A DNA stretch of 44,008 nt, taken from sequence record SRR31156797_2579. The stretch is one strand, 5' to 3'. Both the position numbers and the translations under genes were made by a program. Of the stretch, positions 10,017 to 20,007 are shown piece after piece. Below the pieces are notes generated by a model. The model was not told the DNA's origin. It saw only the letters and a program-made list of their open reading frames with translations, and searched no databases. The stretch's first letter is position 1. Every line of letters begins with the position of its first letter.

Positions 10017-10695
10017 TGTTGTCCTCCACTGAATTCTTTGGTACGAATTCACCATTTTGATACTCATACTCGTATGCTGTCTTTTCCTTGGCAAATCGCT
10101 CTCTGGTTTCGCCTATCAAGTCAGCCATCAGTACAGCAATTAATCCAGATAATATAACTGCATCGAATGCACCTGCACCGCCAAAGCGTATAGGAGTATT
10201 TAAGCCCTGTGTTCTTGATACTATTCCTTGAGTAAGGTCACCAAGCAGTACACCCATCACGCCGCCTATAAAGGCACTTCGTCTGGAGCGTCCCAAAAGA
10301 TATGCGGCAAGTCCTGCCAGCACACCATAGATAAGTATAGGATCCAACACCATTGATTCAGGTTCTTCGGGAAGGATTCTTCCAGCGAAAAATACTATCA
10401 ATCCGCCGCCTATAGCAGCAACTATTGCACGTACTCTCTCCTTTGCTGTGTCTGCCTTTATAAATAAGTAGATGCATAACCCTAAGGGCACTAATGCACC
10501 TCCGATATTAAAGGATATATTATTTCCCAATGAAATATCAGGAATCAGACCGCCTACAAAGACAAGACCTACCAGCAGAAGGGCGACTCTGTCATTCATC
10601 CTCATTCTGTCAAACACTCTATCAGTAACACCAAAAACTATAAGTATTGAAATAGCTATCAGCGAAATAAATCCTATTGACATTTTTATTACCAT
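10000..10695 (-). CDS. DUF1614-like membrane protein
   Basis: Multi-TM; NIGGALVP and FGGAGAFDAVILSG motifs; overlaps spoIIP; alternative start at 10683. Confidence 0.8.
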   Translation of the reverse strand: MVIKMSIGFISLIAISILIVFGVTDRVFDRMRMNDRVALLLVGLVFVGGLIPDISLGNNISFNIGGALVPLGLCIYLFIKADTAKERVRAIVAAIGGGLIVFFAGRILPEEPESMVLDPILIYGVLAGLAAYLLGRSRRSAFIGGVMGVLLGDLTQGIVSRTQGLNTPIRFGGAGAFDAVILSGLIAVLMADLIGETRERFAKEKTAYEYEYQNGEFVPKNSVEDNNENNK

Positions 10696-11115
10696 TCTAA
10701 GTCCCTAAATAACAGGACTTATCCTTTCTTATTTGATTATTATCTTTTCTTCATTCTGTATAGATTATTATTCATTAATAAGTTTTTGGAGATAAAAAAA
10801 AAGTATTCATGTCAATTTTTTGATAATAATTATTTCATTAAGAATTCCATCTTTATTTATATCGTTTATTGACGTATTAAATATTAATTTGCGCTTATTT
10901 AAAAATACAACAGCATTAGTTGGAAAGTGACTAATTTATCAATTAAGATTAAAAAACAAGATAAATATGTATAAACATTAAAAAACACTTGAATAATCTT
11001 AGCTTTAGTCAGATAATAAAAATATAATTATAAAAAATTTCGGATTATACCAATGCCCTTGACGATTAGGCAGGTTTATCCGACTTAGTTAGCCAATTCT
11101 CCAAATATAATTAAT

Positions 11116-11418
11116 GCAAAACGACCTGTCATGAAAATGATGGGTTGTTTTGCGTGATTTTTGTTTCACAAAAATCTATTGGACAAAAGCATTATTCTGC
11201 TTTAGCAAAATGATGCGAAAGTCACGACGCTCTAGAGAGATGCGTCTAGCTGACTCAGGCCGCGATAGTCCAGCAATTTGTTCACCTTGAAAAGGTGAAT
11301 TGATAGCGGTGGAGGTACTCTTAGCAATTTAAGAAAATAAGTTTAACAAATTCATCACGTAGAATTAAATCTATTGGACGATAGCATAATTTACTATAGT
11401 AAAATAATGCGAAAGTCA
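11116..11418 (+). repeat. Composite copy of the modular hairpin-repeat family
   Basis: Consecutive stem-loops. Modules A-B (11156-11224, partial repeat 11367-11418) match the 26.8 kb array; 11217-11309 matches the reverse complement of about 31727-31820. Confidence 0.8.
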
Positions 11419-11532
11419 TTAAGCCCTCAAAAAAATCAATATCAAAAACAATTACACTAACCGCTTAACAAAACAAAGTAACTATTAACATATACGCATA
11501 ATATCAAAAATTTTTTCATGATATCTACCTCT

Positions 11533-11561
11533 TTGAACAATATACATTTACATGGTATAAT
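11533..11561 (+). promoter_or_regulatory. Sigma-A promoter of the surface-protein gene
   Basis: TTGAAC-17 bp-TATAAT with extended TG. Confidence 0.7.
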
Positions 11562-11602
11562 TGTTAATGATTAATATTAAACACTATTTTTACGAGTTAA
11601 TT

Positions 11603-13963
11603 ATGAAAAAGACATTATTTGCAATTATTATTTGTTTGCTGATATTTATTATTCCCGTCTCTGCTTTAGCAGAGGACGGCACATGGGAAGCAGTTGGTAC
11701 TGCAGGTTTTTCAGACGCAGGTGCATGGGAATCATCACTATACGTATATAATGGAATACCCTACATAGCCTATAAAGATTCTGCAAACAGCAACAAAATA
11801 ACTGTCAAAAAATATGATAGTACATGGCAGACTGTTGGTACAGAAGGCATCTCTGGACCTAATTCTCAAAACGTATCTTTATTTGTGTATGACGGCTTTG
11901 TCTATGTCGCATATAGAGACGGCGGCAGCAGTTACAAGCTTAGTGTAAAAAAGTTTGACGGGGCAAATTGGGTTACGCTGGGTACTGAAGGATTTTCAGA
12001 TGCAGATGTTTCCCATGTATCTCTCTACATATACAATGATATACCATATGTAGCCTATATGGACTATGGCGGCAGTAACAGTATGAAAGCTACAGTCAAA
12101 ATGTTCGATGGTACTAACTGGGTGACTGTAGGTAAGGAAAGGTTTTCAACAGACAAAGCTTACTATGTTTCCCTTTATATTAGCAATGGAACACCATATG
12201 CAGCGTATTCCAATAGCGGATCCAATGGACAGGCTACTGTCAGTAAATTTAACGGCTCATCATGGGAAGCAGTCGGTGGTGAAAACATTGTAACAGTAAC
12301 TAGATATTTGTCATTGTACGTAAATAATAACACGCCATATCTTGCATATCCAGACAGTAGTAATGGTTCCAGAATGACTGTAAAGACATTTAACGGCTCA
12401 TCATGGGAAATGCTTGGAAGCTCTCTCTCAGCTGGAAGCTCAACATATCCAAAAATTAGTGTCAGCAATGACACAATATATTTAGGATACAGCGATATTA
12501 CACTTGGCAGTAAAGCAGTAGTAAAGAAGTACAGCGATACAGGGTGGGAAACTGTAGGTACGGAGGGTTTTTCAGCAGGCAAGATATACTATCTATCACT
12601 TTTTGTCGATAATGGCATTCCTTACGCAGGCTATACAGATGCTATGCATAAGTACAAAGCCACAGTAATGAAATTCGTTCCTGCTAATACTCCGCCTTGT
12701 CTGATAAGCGGGAGTACTGGCTGTGACCGTATACATGTAAATAATGAATACTCTCTGAAACTATCTGATATATTTAAAGACGCGGATGGTGATACATTAG
12801 AATACAAAGTATCCATAAACGGAGCTCCTTATATTATTGCAGACGAAAATTACTCATTTACGCCAAACACATTAGGTGATACTGTATTTGTATTTACAGC
12901 CAGCGACGGCATTGATATTTCTGCAGATAGTTATACTTTTACATTGACAGCTGACAATACAATACCAAACAGAATAAATACAGTACCTGAGACAGATACT
13001 GCAAATACCTTGGTCAATGCTCCCTATGAGCTGGATTTATCCTTAATCTTTGAAGATGCAGATAATGATGATTTGACATATCAGGTTTCTGTAGACGGCA
13101 GTTCATTCGTATCAGCCAATGAAATCTATTCATATACACCCACTGCAGCAGGTGATATACAACTAGTATTCCAAGCTCTGGATGCTATGTCTACATCTGA
13201 TGATACATACTCAGTTACTCTAACAGCAATAAATGGTAACCATACTATTACTTATAATGCTAATGGAGGCGTTGGTTCAGGTAGCGAAATCCATATCGCT
13301 ACATCTATGTTTGATTTGAATAATGGTTTGGACTTCATAATGAACAATTATATCATTGATGGCTGGACAATAGACGGCATAGACTATGCGTTAGCTCAAT
13401 TATATACTATGCCGAATCTGGATGTTACTGCATATGCTATATGGGTTGCAGACAGTGATAATGACGGTGTCAGTGATGATGATGAAATCTTTGCAGGTAC
13501 TGACCCAAATAATACTTTTGATACTCCTCGAAAAGGACGTATTACTGTTACTATTTATGATCATAATGATATACCAATATCAAATATTAAATGCGTTCTC
13601 AATTCTACACCAGTACAGTTAACTACTGACTCAAACGGGTATGTATCTTTTGATAATGTTTTGCTGACCAGACATAACCTGTCTGTCAGAGATGACTTCA
13701 GCCAGCTAAGTACATATTACCTAAGCTTTATAAATACGGGTATAAATATGGCAACAATACAAGATAACGCTGAAAGAGATAATGACGGTGCTATATCCAC
13801 CGCAATATCACAATCCTTTATGTCTCTGGATATTATAATCAGATTAAGTGCCGCTAATTTCTGGATATTAGATAGTGCAAGTATAACCAGTATTGAAATA
13901 AATGATGAAAACTACAAATATCTATTCACTAATCCTGATACAGGGGATAACAGCTGTGAATAG
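11603..13963 (+). CDS. Secreted/surface protein: seven ~48-aa repeats (likely beta-propeller), two cadherin-like domains, InlB B-repeat-like domain, Ca-binding DxDxDG motif, terminal NPDTG
   Basis: Signal peptide MKKTLF...ALA; 7x WxxVGxxGFS...PYxAYxD; DADGD/DADND; YNANGG...GW...YAIW; DSDNDGVSDDDE. Confidence 0.8.
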   Translation: MKKTLFAIIICLLIFIIPVSALAEDGTWEAVGTAGFSDAGAWESSLYVYNGIPYIAYKDSANSNKITVKKYDSTWQTVGTEGISGPNSQNVSLFVYDGFVYVAYRDGGSSYKLSVKKFDGANWVTLGTEGFSDADVSHVSLYIYNDIPYVAYMDYGGSNSMKATVKMFDGTNWVTVGKERFSTDKAYYVSLYISNGTPYAAYSNSGSNGQATVSKFNGSSWEAVGGENIVTVTRYLSLYVNNNTPYLAYPDSSNGSRMTVKTFNGSSWEMLGSSLSAGSSTYPKISVSNDTIYLGYSDITLGSKAVVKKYSDTGWETVGTEGFSAGKIYYLSLFVDNGIPYAGYTDAMHKYKATVMKFVPANTPPCLISGSTGCDRIHVNNEYSLKLSDIFKDADGDTLEYKVSINGAPYIIADENYSFTPNTLGDTVFVFTASDGIDISADSYTFTLTADNTIPNRINTVPETDTANTLVNAPYELDLSLIFEDADNDDLTYQVSVDGSSFVSANEIYSYTPTAAGDIQLVFQALDAMSTSDDTYSVTLTAINGNHTITYNANGGVGSGSEIHIATSMFDLNNGLDFIMNNYIIDGWTIDGIDYALAQLYTMPNLDVTAYAIWVADSDNDGVSDDDEIFAGTDPNNTFDTPRKGRITVTIYDHNDIPISNIKCVLNSTPVQLTTDSNGYVSFDNVLLTRHNLSVRDDFSQLSTYYLSFINTGINMATIQDNAERDNDGAISTAISQSFMSLDIIIRLSAANFWILDSASITSIEINDENYKYLFTNPDTGDNSCE

Positions 13964-14101
13964 AAAGAATTATTGTTTACTATATCTGCAGTACTAACTT
14001 ATTATTGTATAATACAAATACTACAGGACTTAAATGATATAGTGATGATAAATACAATCACCAATTTCCAGAGCCACTGTTTTTTGGTCACAGACTATAA
14101 T

Positions 14102-14128
14102 AAAAGTGCCGCCAGCAGGCGACACTTT
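14102..14128 (-). terminator. Intrinsic terminator of hsp20 (possibly bidirectional)
   Basis: Minus strand AAAGTGTCGCC-TGCT-GGCGGCACTTTT between convergent genes. Confidence 0.7.
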
Positions 14129-14153
14129 ATTGGGAGAATATAGAATATATCTA

Positions 14154-14576
14154 TTACTTAATGTCGATTTGCTTTACCAGTTGTGACTCATCGATTTTGG
14201 CAATCTTCACGGTTAGTACACCGTTTTCCAGCTTTGCATCGATATCGTCTGACTTTACATCACGAAGATAAACCTTTCTGCTCATTGAGGAGAATCTTCT
14301 TTCCTTGTGAACATAGTTTTCCTTGGTTTCTTCGTTTTGCTCTTCTCTTTTTACCTCAATGCTTAAAGTATTGTCTCTCATTTGAAGGTTGACTTCATCT
14401 TTGTTAACTCCTGGAAGATCAGCCTCAATTACGTATTCTTTTTCGTTGTCCTTTACGTCCATCCTAAAAGTATCGCCTGAGAAATCCCAGACTGGAGACC
14501 ACATATCGCTAAAAAAGCTGTCGAGCATGTTGGGTGTTCTCTTTGGTCCTCTGCTAAATGGTGTCATGTATGTCAT
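14154..14576 (-). CDS. Hsp20/alpha-crystallin small heat-shock protein
   Basis: DVKDNEKEYVIEADLPG, ERRFSSMSR, AKLENGVLTV; ATG at 14576 lies 9 nt after AAGGAG. Confidence 0.93.
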   Translation of the reverse strand: MTYMTPFSRGPKRTPNMLDSFFSDMWSPVWDFSGDTFRMDVKDNEKEYVIEADLPGVNKDEVNLQMRDNTLSIEVKREEQNEETKENYVHKERRFSSMSRKVYLRDVKSDDIDAKLENGVLTVKIAKIDESQLVKQIDIK

Positions 14577-14600
14577 AATCGTCAACTCCTTTATTTTTTG

Positions 14601-14627
14601 TTAGCACTCTCCTGAGAGGAGTGCTAA
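14601..14627. promoter_or_regulatory. CIRCE element (HrcA operator)
   Basis: Exact TTAGCACTC-N9-GAGTGCTAA between the hsp20 promoter and RBS. Confidence 0.96.
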
Positions 14628-14637
14628 TTACATCTTT

Positions 14638-14665
14638 ATTATACATCTTATTTATGTTATGTCAA
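14638..14665 (-). promoter_or_regulatory. Sigma-A promoter of hsp20
   Basis: Minus strand TTGACA-16 bp-TATAAT. Confidence 0.85.
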
Positions 14666-14991
14666 GGGTTTAAGTGAATTTTCCTAATAATAAAATATAT
14701 AATTACATGCAAAGAGTAATAGTTGATATAATGAGGTATCTTTACTTTTAAAAATGAGCACTCTACCAACTTACTATTTGAGCTGTTGAATCGTGTCCAT
14801 AAATTTTGTGTTTATGTCTAGCATTACTTAAAATATCTATGACCTGCTTTATATCTCATAATGCCAGCACAATGCTTGCAAACTCTGAATTTCTAACTAT
14901 GCTTAACCAATCAGCGACTAACAAACTAAAAACACCCACCACCTGAATGTAAATTCCAGTGATGGGTGCTTTAAGACATTTAATTATCTTC

Positions 14992-15264
14992 TTAGTTAAG
15001 TGAATCCTTGAATGCTTTACCAGCCTTAAAAGCAGGTGAGTAAGATGCTGCAATTTGGATTTTTTCCTTTGTAGCTGGGTTAAAACCCTCTCTTGCTGCT
15101 CTGTGCTTCTTTTCGAATGTACCAAATCCAACTAGTTGAACTTTATCATCATTCTGTAAAGCTTCAATTACTGACTCGCTGAATGCTGCCAGGAACTTTT
15201 CAGCGTCCTTCTTTGTAAGGTCAGCTTTTTGTGAAATCACTGTTGCTAATTCGTTCTTGTTCAT
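14992..15264 (-). CDS. hup: HU family DNA-binding protein
   Basis: MNKNEL...VQLVGFGTF...REGFNPAT...PAFKAGK; AAGGAGG RBS before ATG at 15264; 90 aa. Confidence 0.96.
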   Translation of the reverse strand: MNKNELATVISQKADLTKKDAEKFLAAFSESVIEALQNDDKVQLVGFGTFEKKHRAAREGFNPATKEKIQIAASYSPAFKAGKAFKDSLN

Positions 15265-15393
15265 TAATTGCCTCCTTAAAAATAGACTAGTTGTCCTAGT
15301 CGTATTAGCAGTAACTATTTTAACATAGATATTGCGCATTGCAAGGGTTATTTTAAGATTTTTCAGTTATATTTACTAATATTTGTAATTTGC

Positions 15394-16833
15394 TTACATA
15401 TTATCCTCACTTTGTTTTGCCTGCTCCCAAAAAACATCCATTTCCTCCAATTTAAGCTCTTTAAATGACTTTTTACTGCCTAATATCTTTTGTTCCATAT
15501 AGCTAAATCGTCTTATAAATTTGGTAGTAGTGTTGTTGAGGGCGAACTCTGATAGGACTCCCAGCATCCTGCACACATTGATAACTGCAAAGAGCAGATC
15601 CCCTACTTCCTTTTGTGCAAGTCTAGTGTTGCCTGCTCTGTATTCGGCAATAGTTTCCTCCAGTTCTTCAGCAACCTTTTGGAATGCTCCGTCAATATTA
15701 TCCCAGTCAAAGCCTACCTTTTTGGCACGCTCCTGTACTTTCTGCGCCCTGACTAATGCATTCATATTCTTTGGATATTTCTGCATTATCTCGCCTTCGG
15801 TCTTTTCCTTTCTGTTCGCCTTTTTAATCTCGTCCCAGTTTTGCAGTACTTCTTCACTGCCTTCAACCTCTACATTGCCAAATACATGAGGGTGACGACG
15901 GATTAGCTTACTAGCGAGATTATATATTACATCGTATATGTCAAAGTCTCCCCTCTCCTCCGCAATGGCTGAGTGAAACATGACCTGTAGCAGTACATCT
16001 CCTAGTTCATCAGACAGCTCGTCCATATCATTGTTATCTATAGCGTCCAGAACTTCAGCACACTCCTCTAATAGACATCGCTTTAGACTCTCGTGTGTCT
16101 GTTCTCTATCCCATGGACAGCCCTCTGGCTCACGAAGCCTTGCAAAGACCATCTTCAAATCATATAAATCATATTTTTCTCCAGGTGTCCTCTTTGGCAC
16201 ATAAACACTGGACATATGGTCAATATCTATATCTCTGTCCAGCATATAAATAGGAATTTCCTCTACATTATTTTTACTATATAGTATTACCATATGTTCA
16301 TCTGTATAGTATTTAGACAAAAGTATCTTAATCTGGGATATAGTATATATATCATCAAGTTCATTAATCATCATAGGCACACGGGGGTTTATCATGCTAT
16401 CATCTATTATGGCAGCAGGAATCGTCATCAATCCGTTTGATATATCCTTTGGCAGGCTGCGGCATAACTTTTCCTCATGATATGAAATACTGGGAACTAT
16501 CTCCACGTTATCGTACATCTGGCATATGATATCTACTGTGCCGTCCTCAGTTACTGCACTTGACGGCACTGCATAGACTACTTCGCTAAGCTTTGCCTTT
16601 GATATTATTCCCTTGGCAATGTTGTTCTCCAGATTATCAAAGTCATCTTCCGTTTCATAGTAACTATCCATTGTGGTATAAAATATATTTTCACTATTAA
16701 GGAATTTAGCACCGCTGCATTGCTTAGTCCTCAGCACTATATTAGTTTTATCCTTTAGCAGTTTATATGCCTTTACGGTCATTAGTTCATTGTCAATAGG
16801 TCCTAAGCCTACTATATATATTTTATTGCTCAT
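15394..16833 (-). CDS. mazG: YabN-type tetrapyrrole-methylase/MazG nucleoside triphosphate pyrophosphohydrolase
   Basis: IYIVGLGP N-terminus; GCPWDREQTH, ELGDVLLQVMFH, KLIRRHPHVFG, VGFDW. Confidence 0.93.
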   Translation of the reverse strand: MSNKIYIVGLGPIDNELMTVKAYKLLKDKTNIVLRTKQCSGAKFLNSENIFYTTMDSYYETEDDFDNLENNIAKGIISKAKLSEVVYAVPSSAVTEDGTVDIICQMYDNVEIVPSISYHEEKLCRSLPKDISNGLMTIPAAIIDDSMINPRVPMMINELDDIYTISQIKILLSKYYTDEHMVILYSKNNVEEIPIYMLDRDIDIDHMSSVYVPKRTPGEKYDLYDLKMVFARLREPEGCPWDREQTHESLKRCLLEECAEVLDAIDNNDMDELSDELGDVLLQVMFHSAIAEERGDFDIYDVIYNLASKLIRRHPHVFGNVEVEGSEEVLQNWDEIKKANRKEKTEGEIMQKYPKNMNALVRAQKVQERAKKVGFDWDNIDGAFQKVAEELEETIAEYRAGNTRLAQKEVGDLLFAVINVCRMLGVLSEFALNNTTTKFIRRFSYMEQKILGSKKSFKELKLEEMDVFWEQAKQSEDNM

Positions 16834-16864
16834 CTTTAGCCTTTCGTTTTGTATATTGTATTAA

Positions 16865-17215
16865 CTATTCTCCAACTATTTCAACTACCAGCTTGTGAGG
16901 CAGACAGACAATTGTATCGCCAATATTCTCTGCCGGTTTTGTGTCGACACAGATTAAATTTGGGCAGTTGGCATACACCACATTTACCTGACCGTCCTTT
17001 ATTACTATTTTATTATGATAATCATGTTCATCGCAGGAATCATATTCATATACTTCATCTGTCTCATCTGTTAATGGATACTTTGCTATCTCTTCGCCGT
17101 CTACAGTAATTACTACGTATTTATCCTGACCAGTATCTGCAAAATTCATATAGACAATTGCTCCCAGAGCAATAATCACTATAATGCTAAAAATAATTAC
17201 TTCATTTTTTTTCAT
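16865..17215 (-). CDS. NusG domain II-containing membrane-anchored protein
   Basis: N-terminal TM; ANCPNLICV...GDTIVCLPHKLVVEI. Confidence 0.88.
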   Translation of the reverse strand: MKKNEVIIFSIIVIIALGAIVYMNFADTGQDKYVVITVDGEEIAKYPLTDETDEVYEYDSCDEHDYHNKIVIKDGQVNVVYANCPNLICVDTKPAENIGDTIVCLPHKLVVEIVGE

Positions 17216-17303
17216 AATATATATTATATACTTTTTACAAGTAAATTTGCAAAGTAAAAAATCCTAATATATAATTAATGAAACTAAAATATTATGAGGT
17301 AGT

Positions 17304-18362
17304 ATGAAAAAGATAATAATTTTAATTATATCATTAGTTGTGGTAGGAGTAATAGCTTTGTCTCTGATAAATGCTCCTATTACAATTTCCAGCAATACTT
17401 TTGCTCTAGATACACTAGTTGAAATAAAGATATATGATAAAAATGCTTTCAATGAAAACAAGCTAAAAAGCCTGACTGATGAGAGTTTTTCACTAATACG
17501 TGATTTGGAGGATACACTTAGCCTGTACAAAGATGGCAGCGATATCTACAATCTGATGATTAATGCTGGAAGCGAACCTATTCAAGTAGCTGATATTACA
17601 TATGAAATAGTAGAGGATTCTTTCTATTTCTCTTATTTAACTAATGGACTTTTTGATATTACTTCAGGACCTTTGATTGATTTATGGGCAATCGATCCAC
17701 CCAATGGCCATATCCCAACAGAAGAGGAGTTATCAGAGGTTCTGCCTCTTATAGATTACAGTAATATCTCCTTAATGGAGAATAATGAAATACTCTTAAA
17801 TAACGATAATATGATTGTTAATCTAGGTGCAATTGCAAAGGGTGCAATAGCAGATGAAGTAAAAAAATACTTATTAGAGCAAAACGTAAAATCAGCCATA
17901 ATAAATCTAGGCGGAAATGTACTGACTATCGGAAACAAAATTGACGGTTCTTATTTTCATGTAGGTATACAAAATCCATTTGATGATAGAAATTATTACA
18001 TTATGAATATTCCAATAAATGATATGGCAGTTGTAACCTCTGGGGATTATGAGAGATACTTTGAGGTTGACGGCATTAGGTATCATCACATACTGGATAC
18101 ATCAACTGGTTATCCTGCGGATAATGAAATCAAGCAGGTGACAATAGTCGCTCCTACATCTATTATGGCAGATGGATTGTCTACATCTGTTCTCTTGATG
18201 GGACTACAAGAGGGAATAGCCATAGTAGAGGGACTGGATGATGTGGAGGCAATATTTATTACCAAGGACAAGGAAATCTACATAACCAAAGGTCTGCAAA
18301 GTGGCTATGAATTATCTGAAGATTTTGATGATAGCTTTACTATTATTGATAGTTTGAATTAG
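17304..18362 (+). CDS. apbE: FAD:protein FMN transferase (ApbE family)
   Basis: FDITSGPL, NLGAIAKG, INLGGN, VVTSGDYERYF, YHHILD, ADGLST. Confidence 0.93.
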   Translation: MKKIIILIISLVVVGVIALSLINAPITISSNTFALDTLVEIKIYDKNAFNENKLKSLTDESFSLIRDLEDTLSLYKDGSDIYNLMINAGSEPIQVADITYEIVEDSFYFSYLTNGLFDITSGPLIDLWAIDPPNGHIPTEEELSEVLPLIDYSNISLMENNEILLNNDNMIVNLGAIAKGAIADEVKKYLLEQNVKSAIINLGGNVLTIGNKIDGSYFHVGIQNPFDDRNYYIMNIPINDMAVVTSGDYERYFEVDGIRYHHILDTSTGYPADNEIKQVTIVAPTSIMADGLSTSVLLMGLQEGIAIVEGLDDVEAIFITKDKEIYITKGLQSGYELSEDFDDSFTIIDSLN

Positions 18363-18412
18363 GGTATTTCACTTATACTTTGCAGTAATTGATGATATAA
18401 CAAAGTATATTT

Positions 18413-18931
18413 ATGAATAATAAATTATTAACAATCATTAAAAGGAATAGTGCAAATATGAAAAAAAGAGAAGTACCGCAAGCTGCAATAGAAAGAAACA
18501 AAGCATGGATAAAAGCTGTCTCTGAATCTTTGGGCAAGCAAAATGACAAGAAACTATCTCGCTGTATTATGAAAGCAGCCGGTAAAGAATGTGCCATTCA
18601 AATGCACGAAATCATACACGGACATTTGGAGAAGAAACCCCAATCTGTAGAAGAAATGGTTAAAGCTATCAACATTCGCAGAAAAGAAGTATTAAAAGCT
18701 GATACTTTTTGGGAGTTAAAAGATAATAAAGCTGCATTTAGACTAAATGAGTGTGGCTGTGATATAGTTCAGGCGGGACTTGCAACACCAAATCCTACAT
18801 TCTGTTTATGTTCCGCAGGTGTTTTTGAAAATCTTTTTGCGCCGTATCATAATGGAAATGTACGTGCTGAAATCGAAAAATCTATTGGTAACGGTGATAA
18901 ATACTGCCAATTTACAGTCTACTTTGAATAA
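18413..18931 (+). CDS. Cys-rich hypothetical protein (DUF6144/V4R-like)
   Basis: GKEC, CGC, FCLCSAG, SIGNGDKYCQF pattern; true start may be 18458. Confidence 0.6.
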   Translation: MNNKLLTIIKRNSANMKKREVPQAAIERNKAWIKAVSESLGKQNDKKLSRCIMKAAGKECAIQMHEIIHGHLEKKPQSVEEMVKAINIRRKEVLKADTFWELKDNKAAFRLNECGCDIVQAGLATPNPTFCLCSAGVFENLFAPYHNGNVRAEIEKSIGNGDKYCQFTVYFE

Positions 18932-18967
18932 TATTAATGTAAATATAATATAGACTTATGATATTAT

Positions 18968-19540
18968 TCATTTACTAAACGATTTTAACTTCCATTCTCT
19001 AGCTAGTATAGAATAAAATAACCTGCTAACGTATTTATTATTCATATAAAAATAATCTCTGAATGTACCCTCATATACAAAGCCGCATTTATCGATTACA
19101 CCTTTTGATGCTATATTACTTTCTTTATGACTAATCTGAACTCGGTGAAAATTGACCTCATCAAAGCAAAACTTAAGTACACAATTTACTGCTTCTGTCA
19201 TATAGCCTTTTCTATGAAAATCACTTCCCAAGCAATATTCTATTTCACAGCATTCATTCTTTGTACTTACGAAAAATAGTGCTATTTGTCCGATGCAAAT
19301 ATCAGATTCTTTCTCTATAATAGCCCACCTGTAATAATCTTTATTACTATAGCTTGAAATATATTTATCAAGCAAAGGCTTTAACTCATCCTCAGTTTTA
19401 TATGTTGGCTCTGAATACATAGATTGTATCTTTTCATCACTAATCCAGTATTTCAGCATATCATTAGTGTCACTATATTGAAATTGACGCAATAGCAGTC
19501 TATCTGTTTGTTTACATATCGTTCCAATATTATTAACCAT
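18968..19540 (-). CDS. RimJ/RimL-type GNAT N-acetyltransferase
   Basis: TDRLLLRQF, EIEYCLG..FHRKGYMTEA, NIASKGVIDKCGFVYEG. Confidence 0.9.
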   Translation of the reverse strand: MVNNIGTICKQTDRLLLRQFQYSDTNDMLKYWISDEKIQSMYSEPTYKTEDELKPLLDKYISSYSNKDYYRWAIIEKESDICIGQIALFFVSTKNECCEIEYCLGSDFHRKGYMTEAVNCVLKFCFDEVNFHRVQISHKESNIASKGVIDKCGFVYEGTFRDYFYMNNKYVSRLFYSILAREWKLKSFSK

Positions 19541-19756
19541 GGATGCCCCCTAAAAAATTATAAAGTTAGCAAATGATAACATGAACCAAATAGAAAGTCA
19601 AATGAAATATTTACAATAAATATAATATAAAACTATATTAAAAATCTAAAACATACACACCCCGTATAATAACTATTAAATTAACATTTCAAGTTTTGTT
19701 TTCATATACTACTTCTAGCATTATTATTTAAATTTTGATAATTTTCGGAGGTAATT

Positions 19757-20005
19757 ATGAACTCTCAGATAACACTTTCTCAACTTTCAATTGGCGAGAA
19801 AGCCAGCATAGTAAAGCTAATATCTTCCGGTGAAAACAAGAGAAGAATGCTGGATCTAGGTCTAGTCAATGATACCATAATTGAAGCCTTGTATGTCAGT
19901 CCTTCAAAGGATCCAAAGGCATACTATTTCAAAGGCTGTGTATTCGCACTGCGTTCAGAGGACGCTAATCAGATAATAGTAAAGCCTCTCTGTTTGGGGG
20001 TCTAA
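19757..20005 (+). CDS. feoA: Ferrous iron transport protein A
   Basis: RRMLDLGLV, SPSKDP, ALRSEDA; upstream of feoB. Confidence 0.92.
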   Translation: MNSQITLSQLSIGEKASIVKLISSGENKRRMLDLGLVNDTIIEALYVSPSKDPKAYYFKGCVFALRSEDANQIIVKPLCLGV

Positions 20006-20007
20006 TT

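Noticed and set aside
11040-11418. Known riboswitch, ribozyme or housekeeping RNA (T-box, SAM, c-di-GMP, hammerhead, RNase P, tmRNA)
   Set aside because: I could not find their conserved cores by eye; an Rfam scan is still needed.
13961-13963. Genome-wide TAG recoding or pyrrolysine
   Set aside because: TAG terminates lysS, feoB and apbE at their expected ends, and no pyl genes are in the window.
17215-17304. oriC at the gene-orientation switch
   Set aside because: No dnaA gene and no TTATCCACA-type box cluster seen.
19562-19582. GTTAGC-N4-GATAAC as a metal-regulator box for feoAB
   Set aside because: Imperfect dyad overlapping the divergent GNAT promoter (TTGACT-17-TATCAT), about 175 bp from feoA; insufficient support.
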